DNA of 63,704 bases, the filler included, from Octopus bimaculoides (Eukaryota): NCBI RefSeq assembly GCF_001194135.2. It is 7 parts of 5 records of this genome, joined end to end, with 100 filler letters (N's around TTAATTAATTAA, not from the genome) between each part and the next. Parts side by side here need not be neighbours in the genome. Positions count along the whole stretch, not along the records: positions 45,292 to 55,232 come from NC_068987.1; positions 55,333 to 63,704 come from NC_069001.1; 5 more parts are not named here. One strand, given 5' to 3'. Made by a program: the position numbers and the translations under genes. Below the pieces are notes generated by a model that saw nothing but the letters and a program-made list of their open reading frames with translations, had not been told where the DNA came from and did no database searches. Of the stretch, positions 51,179 to 63,327 are shown in pieces; position 1 is the first letter of the stretch, and the number at the start of each line of letters is the position of its first letter.

Positions 51179-51625
51179 GGCGGTGAGCTGGCAGAAACGT
51201 TCGCACGCCGGGCGAAATACTTAACGGTATTTCGTCTGCTGTTACGTTCTGAGTTCAAATTCCGCCGAGGTCGACTTTGCCTTTCATCCTTTCGGAGTCG
51301 ATAAATATAGTACCAGTTACGCACTGGGGTCGATATAATCGATTTAATCCGCTTGTCTGTCCTTGTCTGTCCTTGTCTGTCCCCTCTATGTTTAGCCCCT
51401 TGTGGGCAATAAAGAAATAAGAAACGTTAGCACGCCGGGCGAAATGTTTAGCGATATTTCGTCTGCCGCTACGTTCTGAGTTCAAATTCCGCCGAGGTCG
51501 ACTTTACCTTTCATCCTTTCGGGGTCGATTAAATAAGTACCAGTTACACACTGGGGTCGATGTAATCGACTTAATCCATTTATTTGTCTTCTCTACGTTT
51601 AGCTCCCTGCGGGCAATAAAGAAGC
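51179..51625 (+). mobile_element. Tandem dimer of SINE family A (tail type i)
   Basis: Copy 1 (51179-51420): A box tggcagaaacg, B box gagttcaaattcc. Copy 2 (51421-51625) starts at gaaacgttagcacgccgggcg and is ~90% similar by eye. Confidence 0.9.
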
Positions 51626-51627
51626 AA

Positions 51628-51800
51628 ATACTTGACTGGTACTTTATTACATCAACCTCAAGGGAATGAAAGGCAAAGTTGACCTCAGCGGGATTTGAAC
51701 CCAGAACGTAAAGAGCCAGAAGAAATGCCGCTAAGCTTTATGATCGACGTGTAAACTATTCTACTGTCTCGCTGCCTCTCGCTGCCTCTCGCTGGCAGAA
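51628..51800 (-). mobile_element. SINE family A copy in opposite orientation
   Basis: cttgactggtactttatt...gaaaggcaaagttgacctcagcgggatttgaacccagaacgtaaag...ctgtctcgctgcc. Confidence 0.8.
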
Positions 51801-53897
51801 TATGATTATTAAATATTTGTTTCTTCTGTATTTATTTATGCCTTTTCAATTTTAACGCCGAGACTTTAAATTTAGATTGCCGTTACTTTCGTCTAGTATT
51901 GGCTAATTTATTTTTTAGTAAAGTCAAGTCTGCACGCTTCTTTTTTTTTTCATACTTTTCATCCATTACACTCAAAATGCACATCCCTTTACTAACTTTG
52001 GAACAACAGATACGGTTTTTATTTGTATCATTTGTAATTTTTTTATGTAGTAGGATGGAATAAGTCCAGTGGTGATATTAACCGAACTCCGATAGTTTGT
52101 TAAACATGATATCAAGGCATTGATCCCTACGAGAGTCTATGGTACATTAATGAGGTAAAGATCAATAAATTCTGCAGTTGTAGTTCAGTATTTTCATAAT
52201 AATTTAAAATTTGGTTTGTCTTGTTTTAATCGGTGTTATAGGCTATTTTTTTGAGCGCGTAGCACTTTTGCATATTAAACGTCTCCCATTGTTCACGATC
52301 TGTAATTATCATCGTTGTTTCCTATCACTAAAGTTTATGCCAACATTAATGGCTCTCTTCAGAGAGTTATACCACTCTTGGTTGACGACTACCTCTGTCA
52401 TCCCTCTTAAACAAGAAAATGTGTACTCAATATGTATTATAGAGCTTATTTATTTGTACGATGCTGGCAGTTAACTTCGATGTTAAAGGTTCTTTTTCGA
52501 TGCAGTTTTTCATGCGATTCTTAAAATGAATGCTAGGCAGACTGAACAATGTCGGAAATGAAATACGGTGAAAATGCACATTATTTCATTAATTGTTTCA
52601 CGTCACGAGGTATTTTTGCATGAATTTTCTTAGAATGCTTACAGGTTCTTAGAATACGATGCGTATCTTTCCTAATGACTACTGCAACATAACTCCAGCC
52701 TGACAATTTGCTCACAAGCATTAACGAGAGAAGTGTTCCCTCGACTGATTCCAGACGATGTTCGACCGGTCACTCTGCCCCAACATGGGCACTAGTTTGG
52801 AGATATCGTTTTCATCGCTTTTCACGTCGAGGATCCCTGAATTACATTTCGGGTCCCAGCTGATCAACTGTACCTCGAGATTCGGGCTCTATTGAAGCAT
52901 TACTGTCACTCTACTCGACCGGAACCGACCGGAAAATGCAACCTCTAGCAGCTATCTAGGAGAAAGGAAATTGGCTGTATGCTGGAGCCCTTGGTTTCGT
53001 TGATGGCTAACATTGTTAAGCAAGTACCCACCATCCAGGCCCCCATGAGCCACAAGCGTGTACAAATCCACTCTTAAGGTAGACATGCTACTTACTTTTG
53101 TTGAGAAGAACGGGTAATGAGATGGTAACAACAAGGTCCTTGAAAGCTTCTCCAAAAGTGGCTTTTGCCAAGTAACAGGATCCTGAACATGAGACCTAAC
53201 CGCTATTTTACGTGAACTTTCTAGCGATTTTCTTAGTTTTCAAGAGTGTCATATTCAACAATTGCTCTGTGTAGTTTGTCTGGTTGTTCTGCTAAACTAA
53301 TTATTAATTGTTTTTTTTTATGGTACTGAATGTTCTAATAACAAATGGAAGTTCCTACCATGCTGTTCCACAAAATTTTGATCTCGAAATCCAACCTACG
53401 ATATTTATTTATATTCTCAAGTTTCTGGGACCACCATATTAACGAATAGACAGAGGCTTGTCTTTCTATTGTAGGTTACTATTTCTGGTCAATTGGGTGT
53501 TGTCATAAACACTTTATTGATATTCATATGCAACATGAAAATTATATCACTGACATTTGTGATCGTAGGTGACATGTTGAAGTCTTTATGTCAGTATTTG
53601 ATTTGTTAAAAATAGTAAGTAAATCTCCCTCAATTCATACCCTGCTGCCATATCCAAGGGAAGAAAACACCGGAATATTATAGTCTCAGATAAAATGTGG
53701 ATGAAATAACGAAGGGATCGTCACGGCTGAAGCATCTTTGATCATAACACATAAGATATGAATTTAGAGGGAGAATATATTCTCTTATACCTAAAACGTC
53801 ACCGATCCACGAACTAACAACACACACACACACACAGGGCGAAACTGCTAGGACATTCCGGACATTGACTGAGGAGGAAAGTGGCTGTGAATGTTCC

Positions 53898-53929
<32 letters not shown>

Positions 53930-54885
53930 NNNNNNNNNNNNNNNNNNNNNNNNNNNNNNNNNNNNNNNNNNNNNNNNNNNNNNNNNNNNNNNNNNNNNNN
54001 NNNNNNNNNNNNNNNNNNNNNNNNNNNNNNNNNNNNNNNNNNNNNNNNNNNNNNNNNNNNNNNNNNNNNNNNNNNNNNNNNNNNNNNNNNNNNNNNNNNN
54101 NNNNNNNNNNNNNNNNNNNNNNNNNNNNNNNNNNNNNNNNNNNNNNNNNNNNNNNNNNNNNNNNNNNNNNNNNNNNNNNNNNNNNNNNNNNNNNNNNNNN
54201 NNNNNNNNNNNNNNNNNNNNNNNNNNNNNNNNNNNNNNNNNNNNNNNNNNNNNNNNNNNNNNNNNNNNNNNNNNNNNNNNNNNNNNNNNNNNNNNNNNNN
54301 NNNNNNNNNNNNNNNNNNNNNNNNNNNNNNNNNNNNNNNNNNNNNNNNNNNNNNNNNNNNNNNNNNNNNNNNNNNNNNNNNNNNNNNNNNNNNNNNNNNN
54401 NNNNNNNNNNNNNNNNNNNNNNNNNNNNNNNNNNNNNNNNNNNNNNNNNNNNNNNNNNNNNNNNNNNNNNNNNNNNNNNNNNNNNNNNNNNNNNNNNNNN
54501 NNNNNNNNNNNNNNNNNNNNNNNNNNNNNNNNNNNNNNNNNNNNNNNNNNNNNNNNNNNNNNNNNNNNNNNNNNNNNNNNNNNNNNNNNNNNNNNNNNNN
54601 NNNNNNNNNNNNNNNNNNNNNNNNNNNNNNNNNNNNNNNNNNNNNNNNNNNNNNNNNNNNNNNNNNNNNNNNNNNNNNNNNNNNNNNNNNNNNNNNNNNN
54701 NNNNNNNNNNNNNNNNNNNNNNNNNNNNNNNNNNNNNNNNNNNNNNNNNNNNNNNNNNNNNNNNNNNNNNNNNNNNNNNNNNNNNNNNNNNNNNNNNNNN
54801 NNNNNNNNNNNNNNNNNNNNNNNNNNNNNNNNNNNNNNNNNNNNNNNNNNNNNNNNNNNNNNNNNNNNNNNNNNNNNTATATGTT

Positions 54886-54917
<32 letters not shown>

Positions 54918-55164
54918 GAGAGAGAGAGAGAGAGAGAGAGAAAGAGCGACATATTTATGCATAGAAAGTTACAATTACAAGCTATTAGCGGAATAGTTAA
55001 ATTATGTAAAACGTTCCAGAATTTTAACTTGCGGTATATACACAAACACGTATTGACTTACAATCATATGCACACATACAAAATCTTAACTCAAACATAC
55101 ATATACATACATGCAATGACATATAAACATACAAACACATTGTGCGCATATATGTATGTGTGTA

Positions 55165-55205
<41 letters not shown>

Positions 55206-56140
55206 CAAAAAAACAATAACAAAAAAACAAAANNNNNNNNNNNNNNNNNNNNNNNNNNNNNNNNNNNNNNNNNNNNTTAATTAATTAANNNNNNNNNNNN
55301 NNNNNNNNNNNNNNNNNNNNNNNNNNNNNNNNTATATATTTTTTTTCTTTTTGATAACCAACAATTTGGATGGAAAATGGCAATCAGCTTGTTAGATATG
55401 AAAAATCACTTTTCTTTCTTTTTTTTAAATATATATAAACATGGGTTATTTCCCCTTTCAAGCTTTTTTTTTTGTATATTTTTCAGTTTTTCAGACATCA
55501 AAGAACACAAGAACTTTATTATTTTGTTGATTTATCCACATTCAAAAAAATATGAATCGCTTGTGGGGGTTTTCTGGTAAAAAGTGGAGTGTAAGGGCTG
55601 ACATGTTTGTCTTTAGTTCACCCCCCAAGTTTCTTAAGATACTTTGTTTAGGGTCCAGATAAGTGCTGAGAGAGGACCTGCAATCAAAGGCATTCTACTG
55701 TAGCTTTGGTTATCCTGTGTATCTATATAAGTGTATATATACGAGCGTATACACGAATACACAATGTCACAGAGCCATTCCAGTCGATCTTTCCTTAACT
55801 GTGCTGCTACCGAAGATTTGGCTATTTAATAACCAGTGCAAAACTGACTGGCTGTGATAGATCTATAATAACGGCCTACTGACAAAATAGGATTACACAA
55901 ATACATATATATGTATACACACACACACACACAATTACAACCAAGGAAAATGGAGTAAGTGTTTTTATTAAATTAATTGACCTTTGTTTCATTGGCTATT
56001 GATCTCATGAGTGTTACGATCTCTGGTTTACCACTTCTCTGATAGCCTGGATCCATGGATGAATGAGTAAAGTCCAGGGTTAAAACCCGAATAAAATTAT
56101 TATATAGCTATCTATTTACCTATCTATCTATCTATCTATC

Positions 56141-56191
<51 letters not shown>

Positions 56192-56384
56192 TGTGTCCAA
56201 AAACGGAGGCGATGGCATTGCATTTATACCTTTACTGTAATTGTTTCCACAGCAAATGGTGGTTCACACACATCATGAATATAATAATGACTAACATTAC
56301 ATGTGATCCACGTTCATCCCATCAGATGCAGCTCCAGTTTCTAAATACCCCTTGGATCTGATTTTGTGTGTGTCCTTAGTTAAT

Positions 56385-56500
56385 CACAGGGGCAACTGAT
56401 ATCACTAACCCCCATTAATTGACTGGTACTGTATTTTAATTTGACTGCGGTAGGATTTGAACTCAGAATGCTAAGCATTTCCTCCGGCATACTAATCATT
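56385..56500 (-). mobile_element. Degenerate SINE family A copy
   Basis: cccccattaattgactggtact...ggatttgaactcagaatgctaagcattt...taatcattctgcc. Confidence 0.6.
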
Positions 56501-57737
56501 CTGCCTTTTATTATGTTTATTATATATATAGATGTGTAACCACATTGTGTCCTGCCTGTTTTGAGGTGATAGGGCAGGTGGGATAAGAGGCAGGGAAATA
56601 TGCCTGCTATTTCTAGCAGATCAAACAACCATGTAGAGGTCCATTTGTTGGTGTAAAGTTTCCCCTGGTATAATAAGTGGCACTTAAGGACCTCAGCAGG
56701 ATTTGAACTCAGTTTGGTTTGGTTGGGTTATTTAGGTTATTTTGAAAATTCTGAATTGTCTGGGAAGTAAACACAGGACAAGATGTCAACTTGAAAAAGG
56801 CTTGAAAGAAGAAGAGAGAGAGAGAAGAAAAAAAGAAGAAAAAATGGCCATATTTCATATTTAACAGACTGGTGATAACGAAGTTTAATATTTGTCTATA
56901 TGGAGGGCAGAAATAAAAAAGTGATGATGGCTTAAAATGAACAATGAAATGGAATAAAAGGCATATTTTAACTGAAGAACAAAGAAGAATTGAAGAAGAA
57001 GAAAAAGAACAAAGAAAGAACAGCAAAAACTGGAAGAAGAAGAAGAGATAATGAAGGGAAAAAAAAACAACAAAGTTTGATTGTAGGTCATCGTTAACAA
57101 AACATGTAAATTTTGAAAGAAAATGCAACAGAGTCTGTACAATTTAATATCTGAATTAATTAATTAATAATTAGCATTTTTTTGGTTTTTTTAGAAAAAT
57201 CAGTAACATAAACACATTTTTTTCTTCTAAGAAATATTTTACATCTTGCAATAAAACCTCGAAAAACATTTATATATGTAAAATGCAAACATATATATAC
57301 ACACATACACACATACATACACACAAACAACATTACAGTCAAGTTTTATAATATATTTGTGAAATGCAGCAGTTTAGAAGCAGGTGTATGACACTCATTT
57401 ATTATCCGTTTTTTATTTTATTTTAGAGATATATATTTACAGGATTTATAGTTAACAAGCTTAAAAAAAAGAAAAAAAATTTGTTATTCCCCCTCCATCA
57501 CTTGCAGCCCTAAATTGACAAAATAATAATAATAATAATAATAATATGGCTGGATAAATAATAGCAGTAATAGGCTCAACTTAACAATAATTATTCCAAA
57601 AAACAACTAACAAAGACCAAACAGAAAAAAATAAACAAAACAAAAATTGGTGAAACAAGTTGGCACTTCACACAACTGTACGCATACATAACATTGTACC
57701 ACCCCCTCTCACACACGTCATCTTGGTATGGTACCAC

Positions 57738-58545
57738 CATCACACACACACACATTTTTACGTCCATTTTTCCATGGTGGTAGGGAATGGATAGGAGAGT
57801 TTCAGCACATTGTCTCCACCTATCAATGTTACTTTGTCATATCCTTTGCAAAGTTCAGCATCCTGAGATCAAATCTCACCAACCAGTCTCCTGATCACAT
57901 AAGGGTGGGCAGTGAGATCTTGGTCAAGGGATGCTAAGCTCAGCATCACTACATCAGTTTTCTCACTAAATCATTCCTTCTTCACACAACACTGAGCAGC
58001 GAGGTTGTGACCATGAGATGCTAAGTTCAAAATCAGCTCCCACCAACAAGTCCCTTAACTACACAAGGCTGAGCAGTGAGAATTTGATCAGGGGATGCTA
58101 AACTTAGCATTCTGAAATAGACTCTCAGCATCCCAAGATCAGGAGAAGTAAACTTCAGCATCCCAAGATCAGCTCTCACCAATAAGGCTGCTGATCACAA
58201 GACATTGAACCACAAGATCAGGATCAGGAGGTGGTAAGTTCAACCTCCTCTGGTCTGCTTTCACCAATCAGCTTTCTGACCACATGATGGTAAGATGAGA
58301 TCTCTTGATCAGGAGATGTTAAGGTCAGCATCCTGAGATCTTGATGGATCAGAAGATGCTAAATTCAGAATCTTGAGTTCTCCCTACTTCTGCTTGCATC
58401 TTCAGTCTTCCACGTTCTACCAGCATCACTCTCTTCCACCCGGCAATCAACCAACCAACCTTCATTCTCTCTCTCTCTGTCACATGTCCATCCCATTGCA
58501 TTCTTCTCTCTTGTAACACGGCAGTGAATACTTCTGATTCTCCGT
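57738..58545 (-). mobile_element. RTE-clade LINE 3' region interrupted by a tandem array
   Basis: The minus strand at 58540-58380 gives VFTAVLQERRMQWDGHV...VERGRLKMQAEV, resembling the RTE C-terminal RRLxWxGHV..RGRPxxxW motif. The 3' terminus tttacgtccatttttccatg at ~57757 matches 20752-20790. Confidence 0.65.
57845..58380. repeat. Diverged ~80-90 nt tandem array with internal palindromes
   Basis: Recurrent gatgct-aagttc-agcatc units at 57930, 58017, 58094, 58227, 58315 and 58355, with partial units at 57851 and 58146; recurrent tctcacc...gtgaga and ttgatcagga motifs. Confidence 0.8.
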
Positions 58546-58739
58546 CCATCTCCTCCCACCAGAAGAATAAGAGGAGAGAACAGTCACAGCTGGCCATCAC
58601 TCACAAACGAATGTGGCTTGGTAACACGTATCCCACTTTCACAAACTGTTTTACGTGCCTGTATAGTTGTGAGCAGACACAGACATCCTCTCAGCCCTCC
58701 TCGAAGGGAACCCGAAGGATGTGATTGTTGAAAGGAGAC

Positions 58740-58880
58740 AGATGGCTGCCCGAGCATTTCGCTGGCATTTTTTCTTTCCTCAGCCAAACAGACTGGAATA
58801 ATGTGAAATGCAGTGCATTGCTCAAAGATACAAAGCACAATCACAAGGCCAACATTCCTCTGACACTCTAACCACAAGGT
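58740..58880 (-). mobile_element. Degenerate SINE family C-like fragment
   Basis: Minus strand ctttgagcaatgcactgcatttcacattattccagtctgtttggctg resembles 22869-22915. Confidence 0.5.
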
Positions 58881-59399
58881 CACATATCTTTCTTATGTCA
58901 AAGCAAAACATAACTTGGCACTTCCAGTTCCAATCCCATCTCTCGCTCACACACACACACACAGCAATTAAAGTTTAAAAATCAGCAGAAAAATGGTTTT
59001 CTTTTGTTTTTCTTTCATTTGTGTTGTTTTGTGGTTTTTAACAAGATTGCTCATTTTATATTAAATATATATACACAAGCTTCCCAAAGAAAAACATAGT
59101 AAGAGAGGAGGGAGGGGTTTTAGAGAGAGGGGGCAGGAGGAAAAAGATGTCCCCTTTGACTGAAGACACAGCAGAAAACCAAAGAGCATTTCTTTCTAAG
59201 TTAATTCTGAAGATCAGACATCTTAACAGGCAGCTGGAGATGGAAGTGAGGCAGGATCCCCTCAATTTACACATCAAAGACATTATTTGGTAGAAATGAT
59301 GCAAATTTTTGTAAGCCTTCCAACTCCATTGAGCTTAGATTTAGAGTAAAGACTAAGCAAAGTTGGACACAGGGTGAGCAACTTTAGGGGTGGGCCTTA

Positions 59400-60760
59400 G
59401 TGAAGACCGTCAACCCCAGTGTTTTACTGATAATTTCTTTTTAAAGGCAAAGTTGACAGTGGCAGAATTTGAATTGAGAACATAAAGAGGAGCCAGAAGA
59501 GATTCTATTAGACATAAAGCCAGTAATTTTGAGATGAGGTTGGGGGTTAATCAGTACCACCAACACCAGTTTATGACAGGTATGTATTTGACTAACCCCC
59601 ACCCCTGGAAAAGGGTGAAGCACAAAATTGTCTGTGGCAGAAATGAGAACTCAGAACTAGAAACAAAAGACAAGACAAAGAATTTAGTTCAAAGCTCTCT
59701 CTCTCTCACTTTCTCTACCCTGATTTGGCCATCACATAAATCAATGAAATCTCACAGACATACGACACCTCCAGTTTGCAGGAGACTAAATATGGGAATG
59801 TACGGCATTCATGCCTTTCCAATCAATATTAATGGCCAAGTTAAATGGTTCTAATTGGGAAGAGGGACCGAAATTGAAACTAGGGATTCAGATCACCAAA
59901 AACTTTGCTTCAAACCAGAATTGTTAGAATGCCAGACAAAATGTTTTGCAGTATTTCTTCTGAGTTCAAATCCTCCTAAAGTCACCTTTTTCTTTTCATC
60001 CTTTTGTCAATGAAATATAGCACAAGTGAAGTATTGGGAGTCAATCTAAATTGACCCCCCCCCTCTGCCACCACCAACATTATTGGTCTTGTACCTAAAT
60101 CAGAGATCAGAATTAAGATACAAGGTCAGTACTAGACGGAGGAGGGAGAGTGGTGAAATCTTGTAGTAGTAGCAGCAGCAGTTTCTAATTTAAGCATCGG
60201 GAGAGCAATTTTGAGAAAAGTTGGGGTCAGACGGCAGCATCAGCCCCTGTACTTGACTGGTATTGCGTTTTATCAACCCTGGAAGGATGAAAAACAAATT
60301 TAACCAAGAAGGTATCTGAACTAAGAATGTTATAAGGGCCAGAAGTAGTAATAATAAGTCTTTCTAATTTAGGTTACAAAGTCATCAATTTTGAGGGGAA
60401 GGGTAAATTGATATCATCAACCCCAGTGTCCAACTGGTACCTATTCTATTGACCAGGAAAGGCAAAGGCAACCTCAGTGGGGTTTGAACTTGGAATGCAA
60501 GAAATGCTGTCCAATGCAATAAAGGTTCAGCCAGCTCAATGCCAAAACACTGGGAATAATAATCCAATTGTCTGCTTTCGGCACAAAGCCTGAAATTTGG
60601 TGGGGAGGGGTTACCCTGATTACATTAACCCCAATGCTTGACTGATACTGTCTTATCGACCCCTGAAAGGATAAAAGGCAAAGTTGACCTCAGCAGCATT
60701 TGAACTTTGAATGTAAAGATGGACAAAAGCATGCTAACCAGTCTTCCAGCTCGCTGCCTC

Positions 60761-60802
<42 letters not shown>

Positions 60803-62312
60803 CCTTTCTACTAAAGGTACAAGGCCTGAAACTTTGAGTGGGGGTGGGAGTTGATTACACTGACACCCCCAGTGCACAACTGGTACTTATTTCGTCGANN
60901 NNNNNNNNNNNNNNNNNNNNNNNNNNNNNNNNNNNNNNNNNNNNNNNNNNNNNNNNNNNNNNNNNNNNNNNNNNNNNNNNNNNNNNNNNNNNNNNNNNNN
61001 NNNNNNNNNNNNNNNNNNNNNNNNNNNNNNNNNNNNNNNNNNNNNNNNNNNNNNNNNNNNNNNNNNNNNNNNNNNNNNNNNNNNNNNNNNNNNNNNNNNN
61101 NNNNNNNNNNNNNNNNNNNNNNNNNNNNNNNNNNNNNNNNNNNNNNNNNNNNNNNNNNNNNNNNNNNNNNNNNNNNNNNNNNNNNNNNNNNNNNNNNNNN
61201 NNNNNNNNNNNNNNNNNNNNNNNNNNNNNNNNNNNNNNNNNNNNNNNNNNNNNNNNNNNNNNNNNNNNNNNNNNNNNNNNNNNNNNNNNNNNNNNNNNNN
61301 NNNNNNNNNNNNNNNNNNNNNNNNNNNNNNNNNNNNNNNNNNNNNNNNNNNNNNNNNNNNNNNNNNNNNNNNNNNNNNNNNNNNNNNNNNNNNNNNNNNN
61401 NNNNNNNNNNNNNNNNNNNNNNNNNNNNNNNNNNNNNNNNNNNNNNNNNNNNNNNNNNNNNNNNNNNNNNNNNNNNNNNNNNNNNNNNNNNNNNNNNNNN
61501 NNNNNNNNNNNNNNNNNNNNNNNNNNNNNNNNNNNNNNNNNNNNNNNNNNNNNNNNNNNNNNNNNNNNNNNNNNNNNNNNNNNNNNNNNNNNNNNNNNNN
61601 NNNNNNNNNNNNNNNNNNNNNNNNNNNNNNNNNNNNNNNNNNNNNNNNNNNNNNNNNNNNNNNNNTAATAATAATAATAATAATAATATTGGTTTTAAAT
61701 TTTGGTACAAGGCCAGCAATTCTAGGGGAGCAGTAAGTGAATTACATTGACCCCCCCAGTGTTTAACTGGTACTTTATTTTATTGACTTTGAAAAAAATG
61801 GAAGATAACGTTGGCCTTGGTGGAATTTGAACTCAGAGTGTAAAGATCCAGGGGGAAGTGCTGCTAAGCATTTTCTCCAGCTTGCTAACGATTCTGCCAG
61901 CTCACCACTGATCAAAAATAATAATAATAATAACCCTTTTGACTAAGGGCATAAAGCCTGAAATTTGGTGGGAGGAGTCTAGTCAATTATAATGACCCTA
62001 GTGGTCAACTGGTACTTATTTCATTGACCCCCAAAAGGAGGAAAGGCAAAGAGGACCCTGGCAGACTAACAATTTTGCCAGCTTGCCACAATAATAACCC
62101 TTTCTGCTATAGGTACAAAGCCTGGAATTTGTGGGGAGAGGGATAGTCAATCACATCGAACCCCCAGTACTCAACTGGTACTTAATTTATTGACCCCAAA
62201 AGGATGAAAGGCAAAGTTGACTTCGGCGGAATTTGAACTCAGAATGTAAAGACAGATAAAATACCGCTCAGCATTTCGCCCGACCTGCTAACGATTCTGC
62301 CAGCTGACTGCC
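59400..62312 (-). mobile_element. Cluster of about nine co-oriented SINE family A copies (tail type ii)
   Basis: Copies or fragments at about 59410-59500, 59530-59660, 60230-60340, 60380-60545, 60570-60770, 60800-60898, 61690-61915, 61933-62090 and 62095-62312. All are minus strand; several are separated by (AAT)n. Confidence 0.85.
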
Positions 62313-63327
62313 TTGTTAATGAGAAGAATAATAATAATAATAATGATAAGAATAATAATAACAAAACAGCTTAAGATTGTCTGCAAATCAGAGAAAGAAG
62401 AAAACATCCCAATGACAATAACAAAATCAATGAATTGTACAGTTGGGCTTGTTACTGTTAGTGGTGGTGGTCATGGCGTTGTTGTCTGTTGTGATGCTGG
62501 TTGTGGTGGTTTTAGTAATTGTGGTGTTGGTTTTTTAAAAAAATCTCATTCATGGCAAAAGTCAGTTGATATAAGAACCGAAAACAAATAATTCTTCAGT
62601 TCTTTAAGTGTTGAGGTCTTCATAATCACAAAATCACACAAGTCTCGTTTTCTCTCTCTTTCAATCTTTTTTTTTTCTCTTTCTTCTTCATTCTCCTTTC
62701 TCTCCACTCAACCGTTACAAGCCACCACACACAATTGCTTTTCTGTCCCAAGTCTCGCTTGGTTGGTGATGCAAATGTTGATGTTGAAGCGCGGCAGCGT
62801 CCACCCCACCCTGCTGCTCTCCCCCACAACAACCAAGAGGATAGAGAACAGCTGAAGAAGGTCTCCCGAGTCAGGAAATAGACTTAGAGTCTGCCGAGAG
62901 ATTGTGTTGAACCATATAACTCTTTGTATTCTTGCAGCTGATGCGGTGTTCCAGACCCAAGGATATTCTCTAGAGTCTCAAGCTCTATTTCTTTGTCCTG
63001 TTGAGAGAGAGGAAAGAAATATTAGTCTGAAAAGGAAGAGGAGTGCAGAGTAAATAAGTGAGGAGAAATATATCTGCTCTTGGATAGGGCACTAGTCTAT
63101 CACAGGCAACACTCTCTGCATGATCCAGTGGTACTTATTGCTACAACAAGCAACTAGGATGAAATGAAGTTATGTTGTATATAGTGTATTGTTACAGAGA
63201 CACTCTGTGATGAGAGAAAAACCTCCTCCTGGAGATGACATTAGTCTACCATAAGACATATTCCCCAGATGATCTGGTAGTACTTATTCCTACCTAGAGT
63301 GTATTAAGGTAATGCAGAATATCGTAA

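Noticed and set aside
51179-51270. tRNA-like A/B boxes here and at 22791 and 47142
   Set aside because: No cloverleaf, and each continues into a SINE body; these are SINE heads, not tRNA genes.
52200-53200. GC-richer unique-looking block, possibly an old LINE
   Set aside because: No diagnostic endonuclease or RT motif could be read in any frame.
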